This document shows positions 27,903 to 39,870 of a stretch of DNA of 64,000 nt, piece by piece. The stretch covers positions 1 to 64,000 of the forward strand of contig JABLTG010000037.1 in assembly GCA_016618085.1 (NCBI GenBank), given 5' to 3'. The stretch's first letter is position 1. Every line of letters begins with the position of its first letter. This DNA comes from Neovahlkampfia damariscottae (Eukaryota). The translations under genes were made by a program, and so were the position numbers. The notes under the pieces are model-generated. The model saw only the letters and a list, made by a program, of their open reading frames with translations, was not told where the DNA came from and ran no database searches.

Positions 27903-29458
27903 TTATTTTACAATCTTTTTTATATAAATTGGTATTTTCTTTGGACCATTTAAAATGAATTTGTTTGGATCTTGAATAACATTATCATTTTTATTAACCA
28001 ATGAAATCTCATAATTTAATATTAATTCTGTGAAAAATACACATTGTTCAGTTAATGTGAATGTATTTCCCAAACATTGTCTAGGTCCAAATCCAAAAGG
28101 AATCCAAGAATTAATTGGTATTTTTTTATCTTCCAACCATCTTTCAGGTTTAAACTCTTCTGGATCATCATAAACTTTTGATGAATGATGCATTCCGTAA
28201 ACAGCAATCCAAATATTGGTTCCTTTTGGAATTTTGTATCCATGTATTTCAACATCTTTTTGAGCTTGTTTTGGAGGTAAATTTATTGCTGATGGATACA
28301 TTCTCAATGTTTCTTTAACAATTGAGGGTATATATTTTAATTTTTTTATCAATTCATATGATAATGGTTTATCACCTAAAATATTTCTAATTTCATTTCT
28401 TGCTTTTTGTTGAATATTTTGATGTTTTGCTAATAATAATGCTCCAAAACTTAAAGCTGCAGTAGTTCTATTTCAAATTAAAAATTAATAAAGAATACGT
28501 TTCATGTCCAGCAACAAATAAAACAGCTACAGTATCTCTCAATTCTATATCTGATAATTTATTATCAAGATCATTCAAATTTGAGTCTACCATAAAATCA
28601 ACAACTTTAAAATTATCAAATTTATTAATTTCATGTGCATATTTAACTTTTTTCTTTGATTTATCAATTAAACCATAAATTAAATCATTAAATTTTTTGA
28701 TTGAATTTTTCATTTTTCTATTATCTTAAAGATGAGATTTTATTTTATTTTTTACATGGAATGGATTCAAAATTATATAATAATATATTTAAAGGCATAT
28801 ATCTTAAATTTAAAATATGTTCTAAAATAAAGTCATAGGATAATAAATCTTCTTGTAATGAACCTTCAAGTGAATTAAATTCATGATCAAAAATTGATTT
28901 TCCTAAAACATCTAAAGTCATTCGTTGCATAAAATATTGAAAATCATCAACTATTCCATTTTTTGATGATTTTTCAATCATTTTTAATGCTAAAGAACCT
29001 TTTTCAAGAAAATCATTAAAATATATTCCTAAATCATAAAAACCAGGTTCAACTGAATTTCTTAATCTTTTATGTATTTCACCATTTGCGAATAATATAT
29101 TTTGTTTTCCAAAAAAACTTTTTCCATGACCATTAAAGATTTCTAATTGTTTTTGAAATGTATTTGTGTCATTCAATATCATTTGAGCATCTTTTGGATT
29201 TTTTATGTAAACATTCATTTTATGAAGAAGAAAGTTTGAATAAATTTCTTCATTTTTTGTAGCTCTATCAACATAAATGTGAAAAGGAATGTCATTATAA
29301 AATAATTTGTGATATAACATTGAAAATACTGTAAAACCTGGTATCATCTTTCCATTTTTATTTCGAATTTTATTTCTTTGATAATATGAATATATTAAAG
29401 GTAAAATTATTAAAAACAAAAATAAAATGAAAATGATCAACAATAAAAAGATTAGCAT
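27903..29458 (-). CDS. Cytochrome P450
   Basis: N-terminal anchor, AGHETT, ETLR, PERW, heme motif FGFGPRQCLG; two introns. Confidence 0.96.
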
Positions 29459-29497
29459 CAAAGAAAAGAATTTGATTGGATGAAAATATCAGAGATT

Positions 29498-30133
29498 TTA
29501 TTCATCCATTTCTTCTTCTTCTTCTTCTTCTTCATTATCTTCTTCACTTTCCAATAATTCAATTTCTTCTTGAATTGAATTGATTTTATTTTTCAAATCC
29601 GTTTCATCATCCATTATTTCATTTGAATTTGTTTTCAATTCCTTTGTTGATTGAATATCTTTTAATCTTTTCTTTACTCTTTCAGATAATAAATTTTCAC
29701 AATAAAAATCATTTTTAACAATAAATCTCAAACTTTGTAAAATACAGTCTTTTTCTCTATTCATTTCTTTCTCAATTAATTGATTTAACAAATTTTTTTT
29801 CTTTTTTCCTTTGTTTGATTTCTCAACTTTTGATGGTAAATCACCTCTTTCTACTTTTTTGGCTTCTAATTCTTTTTTTTTTTCAATATTCTTTTTTGTT
29901 GGATAATTCTTCATTCTTTCTTCTCGATACCTTTATATATTAAAAATTCAAACTGTATACCTTTTTATATCTTCTGGTGTTTCCAAAGGTTTTGCATAAA
30001 GTTTATAAAATAGAATTTCATCTTTTGGTTTTTCTCTTCTTTCTGATTTAGCATACTTCTCTCTCAACCAAGCTTGAGGATGTACAACAGTTGATTGTTT
30101 TTCATCTTTGGTTTCATTTTCGCCAGAAGACAT
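29498..30133 (-). CDS. NUFIP1: NUFIP1/Rsa1-like box C/D snoRNP assembly factor
   Basis: Spliced LETPEDIKRYREERMKNYPTKKNIEKK plus LLNQLIEKEMNREKDCILQSLRFIVKNDF match the two conserved NUFIP1 blocks. Confidence 0.75.
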
Positions 30134-30192
30134 TTTAATTATCCAATCAATTCACGAATCAAATACAAAAATTAAATGAATAAAATAATTTT

Positions 30193-32850
30193 TTATTTTT
30201 GTTTCCAATATTGACCCCATCTATGACCAGCTTCAAATATTTGAGCAAATATTGCATTTTTTGATTCATCAATAACACCTTGCATAAATTTAATTGCTTC
30301 TTCATCATTTAAATCTAATCTAAATTTCTCTTGAAGTTTCATTAAATTCTTCATTGGATCTGAACCATTTACACCAACAATATTTTCAATATTTGCATCA
30401 ATCATCAATACAAACATATTCAAAATTCTTCTTGCATGTTTTCTTAATATAGTATAAGCAGTACAACAATATTTCAAAAATGTTTTATAATTTTCACTTT
30501 TATCACCTCCCATACCTTTTATTTTTTTTTTAATAATTTTTCATTTTACCATCAATCATTTCTCTACATAATTTCATTGGTGGAGGAAATAATTTTGGAT
30601 CATTACCAAGAATAAAACCAAAATCAATATGAAATAAACAACCATTAGGTTTAATCAATAAATTATCTAAACTTTAAATTAAGTTTAAAAATAATTCTTA
30701 CTGTCTATCACCAATACCTAAAATATATGATATTACACAATATCCTGAACATGATTTTACAAAATTATTAATTGATTCTAAAAATTCAGGATTTGAATGT
30801 TTTGGTATATTTTTATTTTTAACATTTTCCCAAAGATAAGATTGAATATCTGAATTATTCATTATAATTGAATTGATTGGTGAATTTGGTGAAATGAATT
30901 CAATAAAACCTGAATCAGATGAACATGAAATTACATCATATGGAGTTAATTCTAAATCTAATGAATTATTTTTTAATAATTTATCCATTAATGTAATCAT
31001 TTGAATAATAAGTTGATCTTGTCTTAAATCATCACCTGTTTTAAATATAATACTTCTAATTGAACCATTAATAGTTTCAAAACTAAATTTAGCTGGTGCT
31101 GCATTACTTGTAAATATTTTTGTTTTTTCAGGCAAAATTTTAATAATTTCAAAATTTGGATTTGATGGTAAAGTAAAATCTTTTAATAATAACTTATCAA
31201 TTTTTTGTTTATTTTTTAATAATTCTAATTTTAAAATTTCAGTTTTTTCTTTTGGATCATTTGATTTTTGTTTTGTTTCAATTACAATTCTTTCTAATAA
31301 AATAAAAAAATCTTGTTGATTTTTTAATCTTGTATAAAAATTAGTTTTTTTTAAATCTGAAATAAATCTAATTAAAAGTTGTTGATATGATATTCCTTTA
31401 TTTAAATCTTTGGTTTCAATAGTTAAATACCAAAAAAAGTAATGAGAAATTGAAAATGATTTTAAACATCTTTCAATTAAAAAATTTGATAAATTACAAG
31501 AAATCATATCTTTTTCATATCTTAATGCTTGAACTAATTGTAATAAAACTGATAATAATTCTTCATCATTTGATTTTTTTAAAATTTCAATTGAATAATT
31601 TCTAACAATTTCATTTTCTTTAAAATTTTTACTTAATAATTCTAATGCATATACTGAATCAATTTCAATCCAATTTTTAATTAATTCAATTGCTTCTTTT
31701 TTATCACGATGATCTTTCCAATTTACACAATTTAAATATTTTGGTAATGCTCCTTTCTCTCTACTTGATAACCAATATCTATATTTCCAAATTAATGTTT
31801 GACTTTTTTGTGTCATTTCTGTTAATGATGTTTCAAATAATATTTTTGAAAGTTCATTTTTATCAGATGATGATGGTATTTCAAATAAATTTGTTGATTC
31901 TTTATAATTATTAAAATAAAACTCTTACTTTTTGATAAAATACGATATTTAATTTCTGTTAAATTTTGTTGTTTTATTTCAGAATCAAATATCCAATTTG
32001 GTTCTTTTGAAATTTCAAAAAATGTATTATTAGATTTTTCAATTAATTTTTCTTTTAAATTTTCTTTTTCTTTTTCAAAATTGAAAATATAAATTGGATA
32101 TTTTAATGAAATTAATTCAATATTCAATAATAATTCATTTTCAGAATGTTTAAATTCATCATTTCTCATTTTTTGATTTACAATATTTAATGTTTTATCT
32201 CTTAACCAATTTGATTTTCCATCATCAAAAAATTCTTGTGCTGTTAATTCGATTCTAGTTTTTTCTGAAAATTCAGTTAAAGTTGCAGGTGTTCCTTTTG
32301 GGTTGGCTTTTTTATTTGGCCATAATTTAATTGTATTTATTCCTGATTTTATTAATTTTCCTACACCTTTTTTTTTTTTAATAAATTCTTCTCTTCTTAC
32401 ATAAATCAAAAGTACATCCTCCAATGATAAAGTCTTTTCTTGGTTTCAATACATCATAAACAGTAAAACATATTTTTGTTTCTGTTGTTATTTCGGAATA
32501 TTTTACAGGAAATTCAACCCATGTTTTAAATCTTTTGAGTGCTTTAATGTTTTATATTTTTTTTACTGTTTCAAGCCACTTTGAGAATTGGGTAGTGGAA
32601 TATATGGTGTCCTTTTTTCTGATATGAGTGTATAATTACAATATAACTCACATTTAATGTACAAATCTCTTTTTAAAGTTCCAATGCGGTCAACTTTGTT
32701 TTTTGGGTTTTTAGTTTTATCTTCAAACGTAAAAGAATTAGTTAATCCATCAAGTGTCAAACTAGAAGTTGTAAGTTATTGGTTGTTTTACATTTTAAAG
32801 CTGATGTAGTTGTTTAAATCTGAACTTGAATAACATTCGTCTTTGTTCAT
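30193..32850 (-). CDS. VPS34: Class III phosphatidylinositol 3-kinase
   Basis: C2 region, helical domain ([11 protein letters not shown]), [44 protein letters not shown]; five introns. Confidence 0.96.
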
Positions 32851-33440
32851 TTTTTGGTGGAATCTGATTGGATAATAAAAAAAATAAAAAAACTTGTTGA
32901 AGTGTGATTCATTTGTTTGAAACCTTCTCAAGTTTAGAAAAATTAAAAAAAATAATAAAAAGTTATGAATGTTTAAAAATAAAAACATGGTCAAGAAAAT
33001 CAGTTGGAATTCAAATTCCAGATCAACTATTGAAGTTTCAAAATATAAAGATCAATGTTCTCAATCAAATTAAAGCTTCAATTTTAAGTTTTTACAGTAA
33101 ATTCACTTTCAAAAAGAAGATTTGAATCAAATTATGAGAAAACAAGTACCTGATTTTATTGTTTGGAAATAATGAAGACTTGATTTAAAGGTTTCCTAAA
33201 ATAGTTGATTTGTTTTACTACAATTAGTTTCACACAAAATTCTTTTTCATTTGTTGTTCCTGCAAACTGACAATATCATACAAATTTAGCTATTTGGATA
33301 GGATTGACCACAAGAATAATTCTTTGAAATTTTCAGTCAAAATTAATTAGTCGTTTTTTCTTTAATCAAAGTTACCAATAGAAAACACTTATTTTTCAAC
33401 ACATATTGTTATTGGTTGATTCTATACACGTTAAACGAAC

Positions 33441-34647
33441 ATGGAAAGTGAACTAATAGCTATTTATGTTTCTACTGGCTCTTTAATAGTGATAGCTTTG
33501 TCTTTGATGTTTCTTTCATGCTTGACAACTGGGACACTCGGTAAGAAAAAATACATGTTAAATTCTAATGTAAGCATGTTGCTGGAAACAATGGTTTTCA
33601 ACAAAAAAAAAGACTCATCATCATGAATTGAAAGACAACTTTATTTCACAAGGCTCAAAGGCTGTTGAAAGTCACCACAGTGCAAACTCTGGACTAAAAG
33701 GCGCTTGTTTTCCTCTTACATGTTTCTTGTTCAACATCATAGTTATAATGTTCATCATATCTGAAGTTGCTTTGGCCGCTTTTTTTTATTTCTATTTTAA
33801 GAATTCAAATCCAACATTTGTTGCAAGTGACAATGGTGGAAGTAGTTTGATAGTTTTTCCAGTTTCAGTTTTAGGAGCTACACTCTTCTTATGGATAGTT
33901 GGATATGCTTGTTCACTGTTGGAAGCATACATTTCACCATATGGAAAGTTTTTAAAAAACATTGCTCCTCAAGAGGAAGTTGAAAATGATATAGAAAGAA
34001 TGAAACTTTCAGAACCCTTAGTTGAATTTCATTTAACATGTTATAGATGGCAAGAGTATTATGATAGAGTGGAAGATCATACTGAACGATTTTATGACCA
34101 TCCATTTCTTCCTCAAAGAACTAGACTCAAAAAAAGAAGAACTCAAGTTGTATCGAAGAGAGTGCAACAAAAGATCAAAATTTCAAAATTTGTTGACAGA
34201 TCAGATTCATTTGGAAAAGTAAATTCAAATATTGTGGGTGTCAAATTTCAACAAAGCATTACACCAGGTGATTCAGAAACTAAACAATTCTTAGAAGAAG
34301 CCAAAAATAAAATGATTGAAAAATACAATAGTGAAGATAAAATGTACAAATTTGAAGAAAAAATCACTGTTCCGGGCTTCGTCGAACATAGAATGATGTA
34401 TCAAAACAAATCATCAGTACTTTCATATACCTGGTATTTGCTTTCTCATTTATTCTGTCTTGGATCTGTCTATCGTTTCTGGGTGGACAGAGTGTCATCA
34501 AATATGGAATTCAAAATCGTGAAGGTATTTCATTGTGACGAAAAATCTGTTGGAAATTATGAAGAAAATAATGAAGTTTTCGAACAATTAGAAGAAGAAA
34601 GTGATGACACTAACAATAACAAAATTGAATTCATTAACACAAATTGA
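33441..34647 (+). CDS. TMEM151-like multi-pass membrane protein
   Basis: Intron 33541-33575 joins ORF 33441 to 33628. Several TMs, P.VEFHLTCY, and C-terminal WYLLSHLFCLGSVYRFW. Confidence 0.55.
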
Positions 34648-34736
34648 TCAAATAAATTATCTTTAACATGAAACAAATTTATTGGTCTAAACTCCCTCCA
34701 AAATCAGCCAATAGATTTGTTTGTTTTTGTAACGAC

Positions 34737-35494
34737 ATGTCAACAACAATAGCTAAAGCAAGAGAACTCTTTTATCAAATATCAAACGAAAACTCTGTTT
34801 TTGAACAAAAGTTAGAGCACTGGGCAAAATCAGAAGTTGAAAGATCTGAAAAATTGTACAGAGAACATAATCTTGTAATTTCTAACGAAGAAGGTAAATC
34901 ACTTCTTATTAAATCAAAAATTTAGAACGTATTCAAAGTTTACATCGAAAATACAATGAAATTTGTCAAAAAGTTGTTGATTTAGAAAAAACAGTTTTAA
35001 AGGAACGTCAATTGGAAGACGAGCATCATCAACATATTTCACAATTAAAAAATGAAGAAATGAAAATAACAAAAGAGATTCCAATACTTCAACAAAAATA
35101 TGATAATTTAAAAGTACAAGGAAACAATATATATCAACAACATCAAACAGAAACATCAGTCCAAAAACAAAAACTTCAAAATATGAACAAATCATCAGAT
35201 AAAATTAAAAAATATTTTGGTCTTTACTTTCAACAAGGTGAAAATGGTATGTTAAAAGTATGTTACACAAATATCAATCAAAAACATCCAGAAAAGGTTT
35301 TTTCATTTTCAGTAAAAATTCAAAATTCAAAATATGAAGGTGAGAGTTTGGAATATTTTTAAATTTTATCAGTTCTTGATTTTGATCCGATGATTAAAGT
35401 TGACGAAGAATTAGTACAAGAACTTAATAGAAAAGGTGATCTCAGAAATTTTATTATTTCTGTTCGTTCTTTGTTTGTAAAAAATTATCAATAA
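34737..35494 (+). CDS. SPC25: Kinetochore Ndc80-complex subunit Spc25
   Basis: Coiled coil followed by YFGLYF..LKVCYTNINQKHPEKVFSFSV..YEVLDFDP..LVQELN..DLRNFIISVRSLF; two introns. Confidence 0.85.
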
Positions 35495-35540
35495 ATTTGA
35501 ACCAATAATTTTCGTTTTTTTTGTTGGACCAATCAAATTT

Positions 35541-35841
35541 ATGTTTTCTGGGATTTGGTTATTGTTTCAAGCAATTTTACTCCTTGTCAATGCTTTTGCT
35601 GTTTTAAATGACGAGAGATTTCTAAGAAGAAGTATACTATTTTACTTTTAAACTTTTAAGTTGGTTTTGGTTATAGTCCACAACACCTTCAAAATCGAAC
35701 TATAAAAACTCAAATAATTTTATTTTTAAATGCTATAAGAACATTACTTAGGAGTTAGTTTTTATAATTTTTTTATTTTTTTTAGTTCCATTAATTGTTT
35801 TGAATATCGTCGCTATCATCAGTATGTTGATTTTTGGTTGA
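35541..35841 (+). CDS. IER3IP1: Yos1/IER3IP1 small ER-Golgi membrane protein (not in ORF track)
   Basis: Spliced MFSGIWLLFQAILLLVNAFAVLNDERFLRRIGFG..AIRTLLRIPLIVLNIVAIISMLIFG*; two introns. Confidence 0.93.
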
Positions 35842-37077
35842 AGGAAATTTTTGCTCGATCACTTTATCATGTTGTGCTTTCACAATTTCATCCCAGTTTG
35901 TAATTAATTCAATTTTATCGACGGTACAATTACCAGATTCACCATTGATTGTCACAACAACATTTAAGTTATCAATATAAAAAGCATAAAATGAATCATT
36001 TGATTTTTTTCTTTGTACTCCTCTTGGATCTAATTGTAAAACTAATACCTTTTATTTTTTTTTTTTTTTCTTACCTTGAGTAATTGCTTCCATAATTTCT
36101 TCAAGAGAATCAAAATATTCTAATTTTTTGATACAAGATTTTAAAGTATCAATTGATTCTTCTTTAAATTCAACTTTAGTTAATTTTGATGGTGATTCAA
36201 TCCATTTTGCTATTTTTACTTCTTCTCCTTTTTGAATTGAATCATATTTTGGAATATATGGTTCTATTTACCAAGGACCATTAAAATAATCAAATAATTA
36301 CTTATATCAATGATAGGTGTTCCATCAATTAAATCAATTCCAGATAAATATATTGTAGGTCCTACAATCTTTTCAATTTTAGCTCTTGAAAGTCCAATTG
36401 GATTTGGTCTATGAGGTGTTCCTATAAAAATGTATATATTAAAAAATAGAAAAATAAAAACTTGTTGAAAAGATTGATACTCTATCACCATTTAATCTTG
36501 GTGGTCTAATTTTCATTTTCATTGTATTTTCATTAAATGGTTTTTCTCTATTTTCATGGAATAACCATATCAACCAAACATGTGAAAATTCTTTTAAGTC
36601 TTCAATTGCATGTTCCTTTTTAAAAAAAAATAAAAAAAATAATTTTGTAACTATACAGGATTATGACCTAATAAAAATGAAAATTTTCCTCTTGCCATTG
36701 GGCATAATTGACCTTGTCTTGGAGTTGCATTTTTAATTTTAAAACATGAATTAAAATATCCAATTGGTCTCCATTCTAACTTGTCTTTTACTTCTTCAAT
36801 TATTTCTGTTTTTTGTTTTTTGACATGAGCTACTTGTGATTCTTTTTGTGTTTCCGCGAATATTCTTTTTTTATTTTCAAATAAAACTGGTTTTTGATAA
36901 ACTCTTCAGTTTTGATAAATTCATTTTTTTTTTTTTTTACTTTTGACCAACTGAAAGAAGTTCTTTATTTTGGTAAAGATATTTTGGGTTTTCTGATAAA
37001 AAATTTAAAACTTTTAAAGTAGTTTCGAATTCATTTTCATCTGGAATATTCTCACTCAACTCTTCTTCTTTTTGCAT
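35791..37077 (-). CDS. TRMO: tRNA m6t6A37 methyltransferase TrmO (TsaA/YaeB)
   Basis: PIGYFNSCF..TPRQG, FSHVWLIWLFH, FSTRTPHRPNPIGLS, DLIDGTPIIDIKPY, VLQLDPR; five introns. Confidence 0.93.
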
Positions 37078-37227
37078 TGTCTTCAAACGTTGATTGGTAG
37101 AAAATTTAATTTTGTTATTTTGAGTATTAATATTGTTTCGTGAGAAACCATGGAATATACATTTCCATTTTTTCATTTGTCTCTGTTGACCAATCATTTT
37201 CATCAAAAAAAAATTTCGTTTAAAACG

Positions 37228-38077
37228 ATGAAGCTCACAAACCTTGAATACTTTTTGGAAAATCAATGTTGGTGTACAAAAATGATGAAATGTAATGAAA
37301 ATTTATTCGAAAAGTGATTTCTTCATTGATTTTTTTTAATTTTTAGGTTTTTTGAAGGAAAAGTTTCGTTCTTTCTGGGAAAGTCCCAAAATACAACTTT
37401 GATAATATTCGAAAATAATCAAAAAGAATTCGTAAAATAATTATTTTTTAATGTTGATAAATAGAAAATTAAATTCTTCCTCTACAAAGTAAATCAAAAA
37501 TTTAAACTCAATTTGAAAGTTTAATAAAAATGAAAATATCTTTTGTTTAAAAATAAGAGATCAATTTTATATGATGAATCATGAACAAATTAATAGAATA
37601 CAAACACCAACAAAAAAGAACGGAAATCAAATTTATTTTGTTGATCTTTTTTTACCTTCCATTAATTTGAGATATTCAAATGATACAATTGATTTTTTAA
37701 TAAATTCAGTTGAATTTTTACTCAAGAATTTTAAAAATCAAAAAGAATGTATTTCAAAATATCAACAAGAAATAATTTCTGATGAACAAAAAGAAACTGA
37801 TTCAATTTTGAACTCATATTCAAATTACATTCAATATTTGAATAAATTACAAAATGAAGAATTTGATGAGAATTTAATTCAATTAAACTTTGATTCAATC
37901 AATCATTTACAATACCAAGAAGATGATGTGATTTATCAAAAATTTGATGATTCTTTAAAAAATATATTTTCAAATAAATTTCCAAATGACAATGATTTGA
38001 ATGCATTGAGTGATGATTTGAATCAAATTTATAAAACTCAACAATTAAAAGTGATGAGTAAAGCATTGCAAAAATAA
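37228..38077 (+). CDS. Hypothetical protein
   Basis: ATG 37228 follows a CCAAT; three short introns join into ORF 37571..38077. No family recognised. Confidence 0.55.
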
Positions 38078-38222
38078 AGTTTCAAATTTTTGGAAAATGG
38101 TTTAATCAAAGACTGTGTATCCTTAAAAATTATTTAAATCTTGACAAAATCAAATTTACAAATTTGGAGATTTCTTTTGTCCAATCATTTCGTTTTCGTT
38201 TTCATTCAATAATTAGGAGAGA

Positions 38223-38694
38223 ATGTGGTTGAAAATTGCTTCAATTTCTGGATGCTTGGCAATTGGTTTAGGTAATTTATTCTCAACTTAAAATATAAGG
38301 TGCTTTTGGTATGTTTTGAAGTGTTTCTAATTTTTCTTCAACAAACAGGAGCTCATGGATTAAAGAAAAAAATACAAGATCCAAATATGTTGAAAAATTG
38401 GGAAACTGCAGCACATTATCACCTCCTCCATTCAGTTGTATTGTTGGTCGTTTCTAAATTACCAAAGAATCAAAATTTGATCGGTGGTTTATTTTTAGGA
38501 GGAATCACCCTATTTTCTGGTAAAATCATTATCTATTATTAATAATTTAGGTTCTTTATATTTAATGACTTTGACAAACCAAAAAAAATTGGGTAAGAAA
38601 ATTCTGTGGCAAATTCTCACAATTTTAAGGTGCAATCACACCAATTGGTGGTTTATCAATGATGCTAGGATGGTTGGCATTGGCATTTCTATGA
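38223..38694 (+). CDS. TMEM256: TMEM256/DUF423 membrane protein
   Basis: LAIGLGAFGAHGL..WETAAHYHLLHS..LFSGSLY..GAITPIGG; four introns including a 9-nt exon at 38300-38308. Confidence 0.93.
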
Positions 38695-38834
38695 AAATAA
38701 TAAAAAAAACAATTTTTTCTTCAATTTTTCTCGACCAATCGTAAATATATCTAAAAATAGATCAGAAATTATAAATATCTCAATTTTGGTAAAGTTGATT
38801 GGCCGCGCAAAAAACAACTCAAACAAACAACAAA

Positions 38835-39596
38835 ATGAACACTTTTAATCCAATTGACTTTGACTTTGATTTTACACCACTTTCACTTGAAGATGAATTA
38901 ACTTGTAATTTATTTGACACATTTGAACAAAACAAAGAAAATAATTTGATCATTCCTGAAAAACCAGCTTCTCCTCAATTTCAATTTTTTATCAAACAAG
39001 CTAAAACAAGAGAAGAAAAATTTGTTGGAGATATTTTTCCTGATTCATTATTAAGTAGTCCATACAAATATGATCTGAAAATTAAAGGAAAAATTTCAAA
39101 GAATATTAAATTTAAACTTGTAGATGCTGAAACATTCAACGAGATAGAATTAAATCAAAAATCTGGAATTACAGTTGAAACTATTGAAGAACTATCACCA
39201 AGAGAAGTTGTAGTTAGATTTATTATCAATTTTTGTTCTTTTCATTTTAAAAAGAAAGCATTTAGAATAATTATTGAAATGAATAATGAAACAATTTATA
39301 CATCAACACCATTTATGACTTATGCAAGAAGAAAAAACGATGCAACTTCAAGAGTTTCACCTCCAAGAATGACTGTTTCACCACAAAAAAAACCAACACT
39401 TTCACCAACAATGATTAGAAATCCAAAAATGTCAACAAGTGTTCCTTATGACAATAGAATTAAAAAACAAAGTTTAATGAAAAATACTTTTATAAATCTC
39501 AACAATGATGAAATGACTGCATTTGCACTTCAACTTATGCAACAATTATCACCAATTGAAAGAGAAAGAGTTTCAGTTTTATCTGGGTTGTATTAA
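38835..39596 (+). CDS. Intronless hypothetical protein, possible Ig-fold transcription factor
   Basis: Acidic/aromatic N-terminus, beta-rich core ending FCSFHFKKKAFRI..TSTPFMTYARRK, SP-rich tail. Confidence 0.6.
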   Translation: MNTFNPIDFDFDFTPLSLEDELTCNLFDTFEQNKENNLIIPEKPASPQFQFFIKQAKTREEKFVGDIFPDSLLSSPYKYDLKIKGKISKNIKFKLVDAETFNEIELNQKSGITVETIEELSPREVVVRFIINFCSFHFKKKAFRIIIEMNNETIYTSTPFMTYARRKNDATSRVSPPRMTVSPQKKPTLSPTMIRNPKMSTSVPYDNRIKKQSLMKNTFINLNNDEMTAFALQLMQQLSPIERERVSVLSGLY

Positions 39597-39870
39597 AATA
39601 TTTGGTTAAAAAGGTAGACAACAAAAAAAAAGCGCCGTCCACGTTGTCAAAAAAATACCTTCCAAATGACCCATAAATGTTGTAAATCAACATTATTTTT
39701 ATGTATCTCAAAAATTTGAATGTTTAAAAACATTTTTTATATATACGTGGAATGTAATTAAAAAGATTCCCCTGGAAATCCAGGAAAGCTTTTTTTTGAT
39801 CAATCATTTTTTCAAAAAACTGTTTTCCTGAATTTATTGGTTGACAACTGATGATAATAAAAAAAAGAAT

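Noticed and set aside
34973..35002. 30-nt GT..AG segment in SPC25 that looks like an intron
   Set aside because: In frame, stop-free and reads as coiled coil (VVDLEKTVLK); no need to splice.
38118..38130. GTATCCTT, resembling a U12 5' splice site
   Set aside because: Intergenic, with no matching exon context or U12 branch motif.
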